From a virus, in IMG/VR virus record IMGVR_UViG_3300010244_000098: 64,000 bases of DNA; one strand, written 5' to 3'. Position 1 is the first letter of the stretch. Each line of letters begins with the position of its first letter. Below are positions 1 through 9,988 of the stretch, in pieces. The position numbers were made by a program, and so were the translations under genes. The notes below the pieces were generated by a model. That model did no database searches and had not been told where the DNA came from. It was given only the letters and a program-made list of their open reading frames with translations.

Positions 1-3000
1 GTCATATCCTGAATGACAGGCTGTCCGTCTTTTCCATGTTTGAAACGAACACCGGAGTCCTCATGGACAGCACGGTCAAGATCTTCTCTTGTATAATTTC
101 GATCTCCGCTGATGTTTTCTATTTCGTCACGCAACGTTTCGTCGCTTCCTTCGTCCTGAGCTACTTCTTGACGTAAGTCATCTTTCGCTTCTGGAGACAG
201 TTCGTTAAGTAGATCTAACATATGATTAATACGCCCCATGATCTCCGGACCGACTTCTTTGGAGTCTAGAAGGTCGTACTCGATATCCGTCAGATTGTGT
301 TCTTCTTTGTATCGATCAATAACCCCTGGAGCAATCGCTGCTTGAGCAGCTCGCTTGTAAATAATAGACTCAAAAGGAGGAACCTGTTCTTCATGGGAAA
401 CAGTAGAGTTTGTAGCCGGAACGGTAAGCATGGAGTGACTTCGTTGACCGTAGCCATATTTATGTAGGCTGAACGCCATAGGCAAACTCGTATCCTTCGT
501 GTTGAAGACGGGTTGTTGACGTGCGTTAGATCCATCGTTATTTTTCCGTTTCGTCGTACTCAACATCAATGATTCGCCGTTAGTCATACGTAACAGTCGG
601 TTCACTGAGAACAATGGTTCTTCTTCTGTTGTCGTTGAATAAGACACAGCGTCTTCGATATGGTTCGTTAGCGTTCCAACATTCTTCGTCACCGTTTTAT
701 TGTTTCTTCGTCCAACGTGACGTTTTCCTGCCTGCTCAGACATCGTCTCCAACATATCCAGATCATTGGATAAGAGGAACGCACTGAGTCCCGTGTTGGA
801 ACTGATAATACGATCGGCGGTGTCGCCATAGATATCAGTGATCTGTTGCAGAGTTTGGAATACCAATGTCATCTGCTGTTCCTGACCCAAACCAATAGAT
901 AGCTTCGTCTGCAAACTGTCAATCCCTGACCCTTGATAAGACAAGTTCCCTGCTTCATCGAGCATGTACTTGGTGGCCAGCAACGGTTTTCCGTTGTCTT
1001 TCGTCATATAGGAGTTCTCAACCGTGGTGTTGAACATATTATGAATAATCATCAGAATAATTTTTACATAGATTAAAGAACTCGGTGGAGTCACGGAAAA
1101 TACAGCCATTGGTTTCTCCATATACGCCACTTCAGAAAGAACAATCGCATTGACAACGTCACCGTTGTTCAAGTGAACTTGAGGCTGAGCGTAACTAAAC
1201 ACCTGCGTAATATCCTCTCGATTGAACCGGTCCAAATCAACATCGTCACTGTCTACTTCACTTGGATCAATATCTTTCATAACACCCATACGCAAGATTC
1301 CATCCCGCACTTGGTATTCACCGGTGATCGGATCTTTTAATAATGTACGACCGTCCGCTGACTTCTGATACCCTTTTGTAAATTGAGCATAAAACGTACC
1401 ATACGTCATTTGTTGCTGGCTTCCACGAGAGTGAACGATCATCTTCACATACGTGATCGGCTGATCTAAGACCGCCTCAAATCGCATTTCAACCCATGAC
1501 AATTTATCAATTCGAGTTACGTGTTCATATTCCTCTCCTTCATATTTATCCATAAAATAAGGGTCTCGATAAAGTTCGAATTTCACCATCATAGTCATCC
1601 AGCCTTTGTCTCGAATAAAATGGTCATCAAACTTAAATGAGAATCGTCGAGGGAAAGACATACTGACCAAGTCAAAACTACGTTTAGGACTCGCGCTTGT
1701 TAGTGACACAACCGGTCCTTGTACAAAGAACGACATCTCTGTCAGCGCCATGCCATAAATACTGGATCTCATTTTTTCAGAGTCCGCCATGGACATTAAG
1801 TTGGAGTACGGGTGAGAGAACAATTCACGAATCGTCGAACGAGGAAGATCGCCAGTTAGCTCAAAGAGCTTCTCTAACATGTTTTCTTCTTCCGGAGGAA
1901 TTTCCTGCCCTGTATCCGGATCAATGATTGGACCCCCGTCAAATTGTTTTTTCTGGAACTTACGAGTTGCTAAGACCGAAACCATGCGGTAAGCGTTGGG
2001 CAGAGTTACATTGCCCCACATTTCGTCCAAATCACGCTGAATTTGTGCTTCGTCATAAACTCCTGAGTACTTACGCAGATACTCTTGTTCTTCTTCAAAA
2101 TAAACGTCCATAAGCACTAAACATAGCATTTGGAACAGCATACGCTCCCCTTCAGTCCATACGGGCTCTTGACCTTCAGGCATAGGGAAAAAGTTCGCTG
2201 CAAGGTTCTCTAATACTTTTTGTGTCTCGTCTTTGTATCCTTTACGGACATAAGTGATAGCTTCTGCTAAAGGGTTGAACTGATCTGTAAAATACGGATC
2301 TAACAGGTTGAACACAACAACTTCAAATCCACGCATTTTAAGAGTAGCGAAGAACCCTGTATATAGTTCTCCTTTTGGATCGTTACAAAAGATATTCACT
2401 TTCTTATCTTGTCGCGTCCACATGTCGATTGTCGGATTAATCATACACTGCCCTTTGTTTCCACGAGTCATTGCTACGATCATAACGTTAATCGGTGATT
2501 CGTCGACCAAGTACGCACCCGAGGGCTTCTGGGTTTCGTAATCCGGAATATACCAATTCTCTTTGATATAGTCCGACATTGTTTGTTGTTGAGCTTCGTT
2601 CACATACAGTTTCTTTGGATTATGTAATTTCTGTAGCTTTTTGTCACGCATACCCACGTTATTGAATTGAGTAATAGCGTCCTTTTCATCAATTAATTTT
2701 TGATCTTTACGAATGGTTTTGTTAAGAAGTTTCGTATCCTCTTTTGCTTTAACTTTTTGACCGTCCGGAAATTCAACAATAACCTCACGTCCTTGATACA
2801 TCCGTCCAATAACCATTCGCGATTTGGGTTTCACTTTAACAATAGCAAATGGCTCTTTAGGCCCCTTCTCACCAATGGTTAACGTCGTTTCTTTCGGTTT
2901 TTCGTTGGTCCCTGAACGAATCATCGTGGCTTTGATAACCATACCTTTTTGAAGCGTTATATCTTTAGGAATTTTTACTCGAAAACCAACCATTCGCCGA

Positions 3001-3650
3001 ACATGAAGTTCTTCAGCCTCGCCTTTAGGAAGGCCGTCTATGGACTCCAAAACAGGCAGGTTCCATTTGCCTAAACCCTGGTTATTCAGCCCAATATGAG
3101 ACACCAGACCGGTGACATCTACATCTTTGAAATGAGCTCCCTGGTCGGGAACAGGTTTGTATTTAGCCACCATTTCGGGAACAGTCATAACGGCTGCGTC
3201 CCCTTCGTAACTATTGATATCTTCATCCGTATTGAACACATGAATACGTTGTTGATATCGGCTCCACATAAGAGCTCCAATGCCTGATGCAACAAAGCTC
3301 AAGCCCCATGTCCAAACGCTCGCCAATAAAAATATGTAAACACTAAGAAATGGATTGGCAACAAAAGGAATCCCCATTGCCAAAAAGACAGCGTTGGGAC
3401 CGCTGAACATACCAGATAAGCCGTTCAGCATAATAAGTAACAACGATAAAGCCACCATCGCCAACAATTCAAAAACAACGGCTCCCGCTAGAAATACAAC
3501 CAGTGGGGAATACTTGAACGACAAGGTCTCCTTCCAAGGATTGGTTCGTTTTCTCGAGTATTCCTGGTCATAATAAATGTCGTCCGCTGAACGAACATCG
3601 TTCCCGACGGGAGAGGTTTTCACATCATTGTTTCGGTTAAACAATCCCAT
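1..3650 (-). CDS. virD4: VirD4/TraG-like type IV coupling protein (3'-truncated by window edge, >1200 aa)
   Basis: Not in the ORF track because no stop lies in the window. Spot translation from ATG 3650 (RBS AAGGAGGAGG) shows N-terminal TM helices, Walker A variant AMTRGNKGQ, NDPKGELY, QFNPL, Walker B YMLDEAGN and SIGLGQEQQMTLVFQTLQQ. The same frame is still coding at position 1. Confidence 0.9.
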   Translation of the reverse strand, partial: MGLFNRNNDVKTSPVGNDVRSADDIYYDQEYSRKRTNPWKETLSFKYSPLVVFLAGAVVFELLAMVALSLLLIMLNGLSGMFSGPNAVFLAMGIPFVANPFLSVYIFLLASVWTWGLSFVASGIGALMWSRYQQRIHVFNTDEDINSYEGDAAVMTVPEMVAKYKPVPDQGAHFKDVDVTGLVSHIGLNNQGLGKWNLPVLESIDGLPKGEAEELHVRRMVGFRVKIPKDITLQKGMVIKATMIRSGTNEKPKETTLTIGEKGPKEPFAIVKVKPKSRMVIGRMYQGREVIVEFPDGQKVKAKEDTKLLNKTIRKDQKLIDEKDAITQFNNVGMRDKKLQKLHNPKKLYVNEAQQQTMSDYIKENWYIPDYETQKPSGAYLVDESPINVMIVAMTRGNKGQCMINPTIDMWTRQDKKVNIFCNDPKGELYTGFFATLKMRGFEVVVFNLLDPYFTDQFNPLAEAITYVRKGYKDETQKVLENLAANFFPMPEGQEPVWTEGERMLFQMLCLVLMDVYFEEEQEYLRKYSGVYDEAQIQRDLDEMWGNVTLPNAYRMVSVLATRKFQKKQFDGGPIIDPDTGQEIPPEEENMLEKLFELTGDLPRSTIRELFSHPYSNLMSMADSEKMRSSIYGMALTEMSFFVQGPVVSLTSASPKRSFDLVSMSFPRRFSFKFDDHFIRDKGWMTMMVKFELYRDPYFMDKYEGEEYEHVTRIDKLSWVEMRFEAVLDQPITYVKMIVHSRGSQQQMTYGTFYAQFTKGYQKSADGRTLLKDPITGEYQVRDGILRMGVMKDIDPSEVDSDDVDLDRFNREDITQVFSYAQPQVHLNNGDVVNAIVLSEVAYMEKPMAVFSVTPPSSLIYVKIILMIIHNMFNTTVENSYMTKDNGKPLLATKYMLDEAGNLSYQGSGIDSLQTKLSIGLGQEQQMTLVFQTLQQITDIYGDTADRIISSNTGLSAFLLSNDLDMLETMSEQAGKRHVGRRNNKTVTKNVGTLTNHIEDAVSYSTTTEEEPLFSVNRLLRMTNGESLMLSTTKRKNNDGSNARQQPVFNTKDTSLPMAFSLHKYGYGQRSHSMLTVPATNSTVSHEEQVPPFESIIYKRAAQAAIAPGVIDRYKEEHNLTDIEYDLLDSKEVGPEIMGRINHMLDLLNELSPEAKDDLRQEVAQDEGSDETLRDEIENISGDRNYTREDLDRAVHEDSGVRFKHGKDGQPVIQDM

Positions 3651-3840
3651 CAGTGACATCCTCCTCCTTTTCTTTTGTTGTGTCTGAAATGGACTCCATA
3701 ACTCCGGGGGTTGATAAACAATAATCGATCATTCCTCGAAGGGCCGTACTGACAGACAATTGGTGTTGCCCGGCTAAGTTAATCAGTGTCGATTTTTGAT
3801 CTTCACTAAGCCTTGTATGTATAGATTCTTTATATCCCAT
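3637..3840 (-). CDS. small ribbon-helix-helix (CopG-like) DNA-binding protein
   Basis: RBS GAAAGGAG before ATG 3840; IHTRLSEDQKSTLINLAGQHQLSVSTALRGMI fits the RHH pattern; overlaps the virD4 start. Confidence 0.6.
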   Translation of the reverse strand: MGYKESIHTRLSEDQKSTLINLAGQHQLSVSTALRGMIDYCLSTPGVMESISDTTKEKEEDVTDGIV

Positions 3841-3947
3841 GGCAACGCTCCTTTCTTTTTTCTTTTTGAACAAATTCAGTGTAGCACAAAGTAAAACGGG
3901 AAAGGTAGAGCCTCCCCCGTTCCTTTACTTGCGCAAATCCGTTCTAT

Positions 3948-6110
3948 TTAACCATGTGATGATTCATCGTCAGAATCTACGGACGATTCATCTAAAATGA
4001 CCATATAGTCATCTGCTTTTTTCACTTTTACCCAGTTTGTTCCACTTCCCGATGTTCCTTGTTCATTCAGTTCGCTCGGTGTGAAATCAAACACGTGGCC
4101 TCCAGAGTGTCTTTGCAGTTCGAACAACCTCTTATCAACGCCTTCCCGAGTGTCTACATCAACGTAAATGACATGGTCTCCTTCGATTTTCAGCCCATTG
4201 TACGTTTTTGTACGAGTGAGATACCCTTTTGTATTAAAGGACAGCAAACTCTTAGATAAAGCGTGTTTTTTCACTTGTCCGTAATTCGTCATCGATAAGA
4301 CAACAAGATTTTCCGTGTCTTCAGAATCATAGACATGACCGGCAATGATTTCATCGTTCAAACCAAAGTCCTTCACGTCTTTACGCAGATCATCCGGTTC
4401 TTGTTTCAGGGTTAAATGATCCAACTCGTCGACAAATCGTTGCATGATAAGGCCGTCCCGAGTGAACAGAACCAAACAATCCGTTGTTTGAGCACGATAA
4501 ACAGAAACAATCGTTTCTTCGTATTTTTCTCTATTGTTCTCATACATCGTCTCACTCATACGTTGAACCCCGGTTGGTTTAACAACCACAACAACATTCT
4601 TTTCTTCAATAAGCTGATTCGGATCAATGGTTGCTTCCTCAACATGGTCCCGAATCACAGTTCGTCGTTCATGGGGAGCTAGAGCACTTCTTGTCTCCTT
4701 CAATTGTCGAGTCATTTCCTTACGGAATACCTCATCGTCTGTTGCAAGGGTTTGAAGTTGTTTTAACCGTTCAACGATGCGTTCTTGTTCCTCTGTCAGT
4801 GTTTTCAAATCCTGATTAGAAACCCGGTACAACGGCAGTTCTGCAATAGCTTTAGCCTGCAGTCCGTTGAACTGAAACTCCGACTCCAGTAAACGAATAG
4901 CGTCCTGTTTTCCATTTGATGTTTTGATCACACGCACAACATCTTCAGCAATATCATAAAGTCGAATAAATCCTTCGACTAGATTCAATCGACTTGCCCG
5001 TTTGTCCCATTCATGAGCTAAACGACGACGAGCAACCGTGCGTTTAAAATCTAAAAAGACATTGAGATACTCCATCAGCCCTAAAGTAACCGGCGTCTCC
5101 TCGTGAATAGCTACCATGTTGGCAGAAAAACGCTGTTCCAATTTCGATTTCTTGAACAACACGTGCAAAATAGCCTCAGGGTCCGCATGATTCTCCAATT
5201 CAATCACAACGCGGACAGACTGCCCTTTTGATTCATCAACAATATCTTTAATGAACGACAACAGTTCTTCTTTGTCGACAACTTTGATAATATCTTCCAC
5301 GAGATCTTTCTTTTTCACGTCATAAGGAATCTCAGAGATGATGATTTTATCCCCGTCAATGTCGGTTTTTCCTCGAACTGTAAATGTTCCTTTGCCTGTT
5401 TCGTAGAGTTCTTTCAACCCTTCTGTTCCGGCAATAATTCCTCCTGTTGGGAAATCAGGTCCTTTGACAACACCTAATATATCGTCCAGTGTCATATCTG
5501 GATTCTCATTCAATCGAATGACCCCATCTAACAGCTCTATTGGGTTATGAGGAGGAATGTTTGTCGCAAACCCAACAGCAATCCCTGTCGCCCCGTTTGT
5601 GAATAACACAGGCCATTCAGCAGGTAACACGACAGGTTCTGTTGATTCGTTGTCGTATGTCGGTTGAAAATCAACACTGTCCTCGTCCAGACCGCCCAAT
5701 AGATATTCCGCTTCGTCAGCCAGCCGTGCCTCGATATATCGGTCAGCTGCATGACGGTCGCCGTCAATAGACCCATTATTTCCTTCGATGTCAACCAACG
5801 GAACCTGTTGAACCCAGTCCTGACTTAACAAAACAGCTGCGTCACTAACTGCGAGAGAGTTATGCGGGTGGTAACCCAAAACAAGCCCCGAAACCTTAGC
5901 TAATTTCGTATGTTTGTTCGTTGAACCAAACTTATGCTTGTGCATGGTATACAACAATCGTCGATGAACGGGTTTCATTCCGTCACGAACATCAGGAATG
6001 GCCCGATCTAAAATAACGGCTCCAGCATAACGTTCCATCGCATAGGGCAACAAATCAGTAACAAACTGCTGCTCATATTCTTCTCTTGATACGTCTTCCT
6101 CTTTACTCAT
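3948..6110 (-). CDS. parC: type IIA topoisomerase subunit A (topoisomerase IV ParC-like)
   Basis: DRAIPDVRDGMKPVHRR, YHPH, GNNGSIDGD, active-site AADRYIEARL, NGATGIAVGFATNIPPHN, GPDFPTGG; short CTD without a canonical GyrA box. Confidence 0.92.
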   Translation of the reverse strand: MSKEEDVSREEYEQQFVTDLLPYAMERYAGAVILDRAIPDVRDGMKPVHRRLLYTMHKHKFGSTNKHTKLAKVSGLVLGYHPHNSLAVSDAAVLLSQDWVQQVPLVDIEGNNGSIDGDRHAADRYIEARLADEAEYLLGGLDEDSVDFQPTYDNESTEPVVLPAEWPVLFTNGATGIAVGFATNIPPHNPIELLDGVIRLNENPDMTLDDILGVVKGPDFPTGGIIAGTEGLKELYETGKGTFTVRGKTDIDGDKIIISEIPYDVKKKDLVEDIIKVVDKEELLSFIKDIVDESKGQSVRVVIELENHADPEAILHVLFKKSKLEQRFSANMVAIHEETPVTLGLMEYLNVFLDFKRTVARRRLAHEWDKRASRLNLVEGFIRLYDIAEDVVRVIKTSNGKQDAIRLLESEFQFNGLQAKAIAELPLYRVSNQDLKTLTEEQERIVERLKQLQTLATDDEVFRKEMTRQLKETRSALAPHERRTVIRDHVEEATIDPNQLIEEKNVVVVVKPTGVQRMSETMYENNREKYEETIVSVYRAQTTDCLVLFTRDGLIMQRFVDELDHLTLKQEPDDLRKDVKDFGLNDEIIAGHVYDSEDTENLVVLSMTNYGQVKKHALSKSLLSFNTKGYLTRTKTYNGLKIEGDHVIYVDVDTREGVDKRLFELQRHSGGHVFDFTPSELNEQGTSGSGTNWVKVKKADDYMVILDESSVDSDDESSHG

Positions 6111-6127
6111 TGTTTCATTCCTTTCGC

Positions 6128-6361
6128 TTATGTATGCGTCTCATCGTTAGAATCAAATAATCCATATTCAATCCCAATTTTTTCAAATCTTCGTGCAATA
6201 TCCAAAGTCATATTCTCTGGACCTAGGTGACCCCGTCGATAACGACTGATTGAAGACCGCGCGATATCTGTCTCCTTTTCAATCTCGTATCCGGTTAAAT
6301 CTGAATCGAGAACAATCTGCACTCTTTTTGCCAAGTCATCGCTCACCATACGGTTATCCAT
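6128..6361 (-). CDS. XRE-type helix-turn-helix regulator
   Basis: LTGYEIEKETDIARSSISRYRRG...ENMTLDIA is an HTH pattern; 77 aa. Confidence 0.75.
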   Translation of the reverse strand: MDNRMVSDDLAKRVQIVLDSDLTGYEIEKETDIARSSISRYRRGHLGPENMTLDIARRFEKIGIEYGLFDSNDETHT

Positions 6362-6378
6362 AGTTCCTCTCCTTTATT

Positions 6379-6780
6379 CTATACTTTAATATCAGCCATG
6401 ACTTTCGTCATCACGTCCATTAACGGGTCAATAACGCCGTCTTCTGTACGCCAATAGGTGTAGATAGGAATTTGAAGCTCATTAGCACGGCGAATTTCTT
6501 CAAACATGCCGTCAGACATCGTGTTGCTTTCTTCACTATCGGCAAACACATGGAGTTCATCACAAACACCCAAGTACGCCAATCCGGATTCAACACCGGC
6601 CGTTCGCTCCGCGTCGTCAGAATCATCTAAAAACTGCGGGTACAACAAATGCGGGACAAAAGGGGCTCCTTTTTCCTCACGAATCAAATACCTGGCATAC
6701 TCTTTAGCTCGCTCCTGATGTGTCTGTTGACTATGTACATCATCTTCTCTTAATTTTGAACACACATACAATCGTTTCAT
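6379..6780 (-). CDS. DUF4406-like (nucleoside deoxyribosyltransferase-fold) protein
   Basis: LYVCS...PFVPHLLYPQFLDD...ER..G...L..CDELHVF...SDGMFEEIRRA is typical of this MGE/phage family. Confidence 0.7.
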   Translation of the reverse strand: MKRLYVCSKLREDDVHSQQTHQERAKEYARYLIREEKGAPFVPHLLYPQFLDDSDDAERTAGVESGLAYLGVCDELHVFADSEESNTMSDGMFEEIRRANELQIPIYTYWRTEDGVIDPLMDVMTKVMADIKV

Positions 6781-6798
6781 AAATAACCTCTTTCTTTT

Positions 6799-6859
6799 CG
6801 TTGTAATATTGCAACGTTTATCTATCTTTATTATACATGGCCACCAACCTTTCCGTCAA
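6799..6859 (-). promoter_or_regulatory. sigmaA promoter plus 18-bp palindromic operator of the DUF4406-XRE-parC operon
   Basis: -35 TTGACG (6859-6854), 18 bp, -10 TATAAT (6835-6830), 13 bp, then CGTTGCAATATTACAACG (6816-6799). Confidence 0.75.
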
Positions 6860-6864
6860 GACGC

Positions 6865-6899
6865 AAAAAAGAGGGCTTGATCCTCATCAAACCCTCTCT
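6865..6899 (-). terminator. intrinsic terminator of the LPXTG protein gene
   Basis: GAGGG...CCCTC stem with a T-run on the minus strand just after the stop at 6912. Confidence 0.7.
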
Positions 6900-6911
6900 T
6901 GATTCTTTATT

Positions 6912-9812
6912 TTATGAACGATTCTTCCATCGTTTGAACAACCATGTGCCTAACGCTGTTGCAAAGCCTACGCCGGCAACACCTATGGAGCCAAAGGCCA
7001 TTCCTGTTTTTGGAATTTCATCATAATGATTATCAGAACTCGGATGTTCTCCGTTTTGAGAAGCTTCCTTATCCGTGCCTTCAGCAGACGTCGTTTCCGG
7101 GCTTCCATTGTTTAAATCCTGGTTGCTGGATCCATCAGATTCGCCCTCTGTTGAATCATTTCCATTTCCTTCAGAACGAGCTGATGACGATATTGGTTTT
7201 TCCGGGTTAGCTACATCGCTGGAATCCGTATTTCGACCAGCGCCGGTGTTTGATTCCACCGGCGTGTCTCCCGGGGTGGAACTCGATACGGATCCGTCAG
7301 ACGGTTCGACCGGGTGAGTCGAAGGCTCGACCGCCGTACTGGCTCCGTTAGACGGGTCAACTGGTTGAATCGAAGGTTCAACTGCCGTACTGGCTCCGTT
7401 CCCCTGTTCTTCTTGCTGTTGAAGATACTCCAAGTATGCCTCGTCGCTCTCTGTCGCCCAATCTGGAACCACAGTACCGGTCATATCTTCTCCCCCGACA
7501 AGGACCTCGTCACTCATGCCACTACCTGCTTCTGTATCCGCAGAAGGATCTGGATTTGACGTAACTGGTGTTTCATAAACGCGGTCATCATTGTTTGATG
7601 ATTCCTCTGCGTCCTCTCCTGTCTCAGGGTCTATGATAGTGATTGAACTGTCTTCTGAACCAGACTCCTCTTCACTGGATTCTCCACCATCAGAATTCGA
7701 TGATTCGTTAACTTCAGAACCTGAATTCCCGCTAGCTTCATCTTCTTCATGAGTATCCACCGATTCGTCTGACTCGTCCTGAGACGATTCATTGTTCGCT
7801 TCTTCGGTAGAACCCGAGTTTGCCGGCTCATCCGGCGTATTTTCGCCACTTGAACCTTCATCGTTGCGGTCGTCTACATTATCCGCCGCGTCACCCAAAT
7901 CAGGCATAGTATCCGACGGACTATCCCCAGATTCTCGCATTTCTTCTTCTTGTTGTTGGAGATACTCTAAATACGCTTCATCACTTTCTGTCGCCCAATC
8001 TGGAACCACAGTTCCGGTTAGGTCCTCTCCGCCAACAATCACCTCATCACTCATGCCACTGCCGGACTCATCGTCCTGCGTCGCTTCATCAGCGTCGTCT
8101 GTAGGTTCAGGATCATAGCCCGTTTCTACTTCTTCATCGCCTTCCGAAGACGAATTGTCATCTGCGTTTTCGCCAGAGTTCTCATCATCTTGTGACGAAT
8201 TGTCTTCCGGTTTTTCCTCCGTACTTTCCTCCGATGACTCCTCTTCGCCAGTGGAAGAATCAGAATTTTCGCTATCGTTTTGCGCATCCTGTTCTTCGGT
8301 TTCTTCTTCTGAAGATTCAGTGGTTTCTCCATCGGTGGATTCTCCGGTGGACTCATCTGATTCCGATGATTCTTCGGCTGAGCCGGAGTTCCCATTCTCA
8401 GACTGGTCCTCACTGGAGTTGGATTCCTCCGTGTTTTCGTTTCCACCGTCATTTGTCTCACCTTCCGTCTCAGACGTCGATTCTGACTCACTGGTCTCAT
8501 CCGTTTCTTCGGCTTCTTCACTTAACGTATAGTCAGCGCTTGTCAAAGCTCCGTCGGACAACGATTGATCCAGCCATACATCTTCGGCTAATGTTACGGC
8601 ATTGTATACTGTCGACAATTCAGGAACAACGCTGTCAAAACGACTCGTATAGAACGAGTCCTCTCCATATTCTTCCTGCTGTCGGTCCAATTCCTCAACC
8701 AACATCTCCCATTGAGAGACCTGTTCTTCTTGAGTATTTTCAACAAGAGTTAAAAGGTCTTCCAATGACTGCTGAACATCTCCGGAAGATTCATCAATCG
8801 CTTGATTCAACCAGTCCGTTGCCGTACTGTAGACCTCTTGCCGGCCGTCCCGTTCAGATTGGACTGATTCTTTTTCTCGCTCCAAAACATCAGTCGTTGG
8901 TTCAGAAGAAACACCTTCGTCAAGCTCCGATTCAACCGCGTCAATCTGCTGATTCACTTGGTCTTCAAGAGCCGTGAAACGAGTAGATGACTGCTCTTTT
9001 TGCTCCGTCAACTCCTCTATTTTCTCTGTATTCTCGGCGTCTTCAGCTTCGCTGATATCCTGGTTGAACTGCTCAGTAAAATCGTCTTTCGATGACTGAT
9101 ACGATTCCAACTGTTTGTTCAAACGATCCAGTTCAGCCTGTGCTAACGCTGTATGTATGTCCTCCGCGTTATCCAGCTGTGCCAAATCGTGTTCTAAAAT
9201 CAAGGTCGACGTATACAATTCATCCAAAGCGCCGTAAAGGCCGACGATCTCAGTTTGAACATCTTCACCATCCGGAGACAATTGCTCCACTCGATCACGA
9301 ACATCAGCTGTTGTTGCCGACAAATCGTCAATGAGTGACTGGAAGTCCTCCGTCATAGCATCATGGTCTTGTAATACCATTTCCACAGAACTCAAATGAT
9401 TTTCGAACTGTGAAAGCTGGGTTGATACAGACGAGCTAACGTATATGGTGACAGTTTCTTCTGTCAGGCCGTATTCGTCGCTGTCGTATTGATATGTAAC
9501 ACTGTATTCACCGGGCGTTGTGGGGTCAACGGTATCATCAACAACCGTGACATCGTCCGTGATCTCATTCCACGATCCGTTCGCAAACTCATAACCCGAA
9601 ACGTGCTCAGACGGGTCGTGAGAACCGCCCAGAGGAATACGATAATCCGTTGCTAGAATATGTACAGGGGAATCGATAGACGCTGCTTCGAGAACAGCTT
9701 TATCCTCCGAACTCGCTCCTATCCGATCACTGGACAACCCTACAATGCTCGTCCCTGCAAGAGCAAGAACCAACGCGGATGTCGTATAGTTTCTCCATCG
9801 TTTGTGCGTCAT
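6912..9812 (-). CDS. LPXTG-type cell-wall-anchored acidic surface protein
   Basis: Signal peptide, Ig-like segment (VDPTTPGEYSVTYQY), coiled coil, long Asp/Glu/Ser stalk, IPKTG + hydrophobic helix + KRWKNRS tail. Confidence 0.88.
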   Translation of the reverse strand: MTHKRWRNYTTSALVLALAGTSIVGLSSDRIGASSEDKAVLEAASIDSPVHILATDYRIPLGGSHDPSEHVSGYEFANGSWNEITDDVTVVDDTVDPTTPGEYSVTYQYDSDEYGLTEETVTIYVSSSVSTQLSQFENHLSSVEMVLQDHDAMTEDFQSLIDDLSATTADVRDRVEQLSPDGEDVQTEIVGLYGALDELYTSTLILEHDLAQLDNAEDIHTALAQAELDRLNKQLESYQSSKDDFTEQFNQDISEAEDAENTEKIEELTEQKEQSSTRFTALEDQVNQQIDAVESELDEGVSSEPTTDVLEREKESVQSERDGRQEVYSTATDWLNQAIDESSGDVQQSLEDLLTLVENTQEEQVSQWEMLVEELDRQQEEYGEDSFYTSRFDSVVPELSTVYNAVTLAEDVWLDQSLSDGALTSADYTLSEEAEETDETSESESTSETEGETNDGGNENTEESNSSEDQSENGNSGSAEESSESDESTGESTDGETTESSEEETEEQDAQNDSENSDSSTGEEESSEESTEEKPEDNSSQDDENSGENADDNSSSEGDEEVETGYDPEPTDDADEATQDDESGSGMSDEVIVGGEDLTGTVVPDWATESDEAYLEYLQQQEEEMRESGDSPSDTMPDLGDAADNVDDRNDEGSSGENTPDEPANSGSTEEANNESSQDESDESVDTHEEDEASGNSGSEVNESSNSDGGESSEEESGSEDSSITIIDPETGEDAEESSNNDDRVYETPVTSNPDPSADTEAGSGMSDEVLVGGEDMTGTVVPDWATESDEAYLEYLQQQEEQGNGASTAVEPSIQPVDPSNGASTAVEPSTHPVEPSDGSVSSSTPGDTPVESNTGAGRNTDSSDVANPEKPISSSARSEGNGNDSTEGESDGSSNQDLNNGSPETTSAEGTDKEASQNGEHPSSDNHYDEIPKTGMAFGSIGVAGVGFATALGTWLFKRWKNRS

Positions 9813-9988
9813 GGTGTATCATCACTCTCCTTTTCTCTAATCTATGATAAGTATCTCATATATATCAAAGTTTTCGTGTACTTTTCACAAAAACCTCTAC
9901 CTTCAATATACTTGATTTGACAAGGGTATGTAAAGGTGGCCTATCATTTCGTGAGAAACTAGGAAAATAGAATGTGGAGTGTTTTACC

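Noticed and set aside
6944-9334. Ser-rich plus-strand ORFs (similar antisense ORFs near 30558-31388 and 44724-45032)
   Set aside because: Antisense shadows of acidic low-complexity genes, without RBSs.
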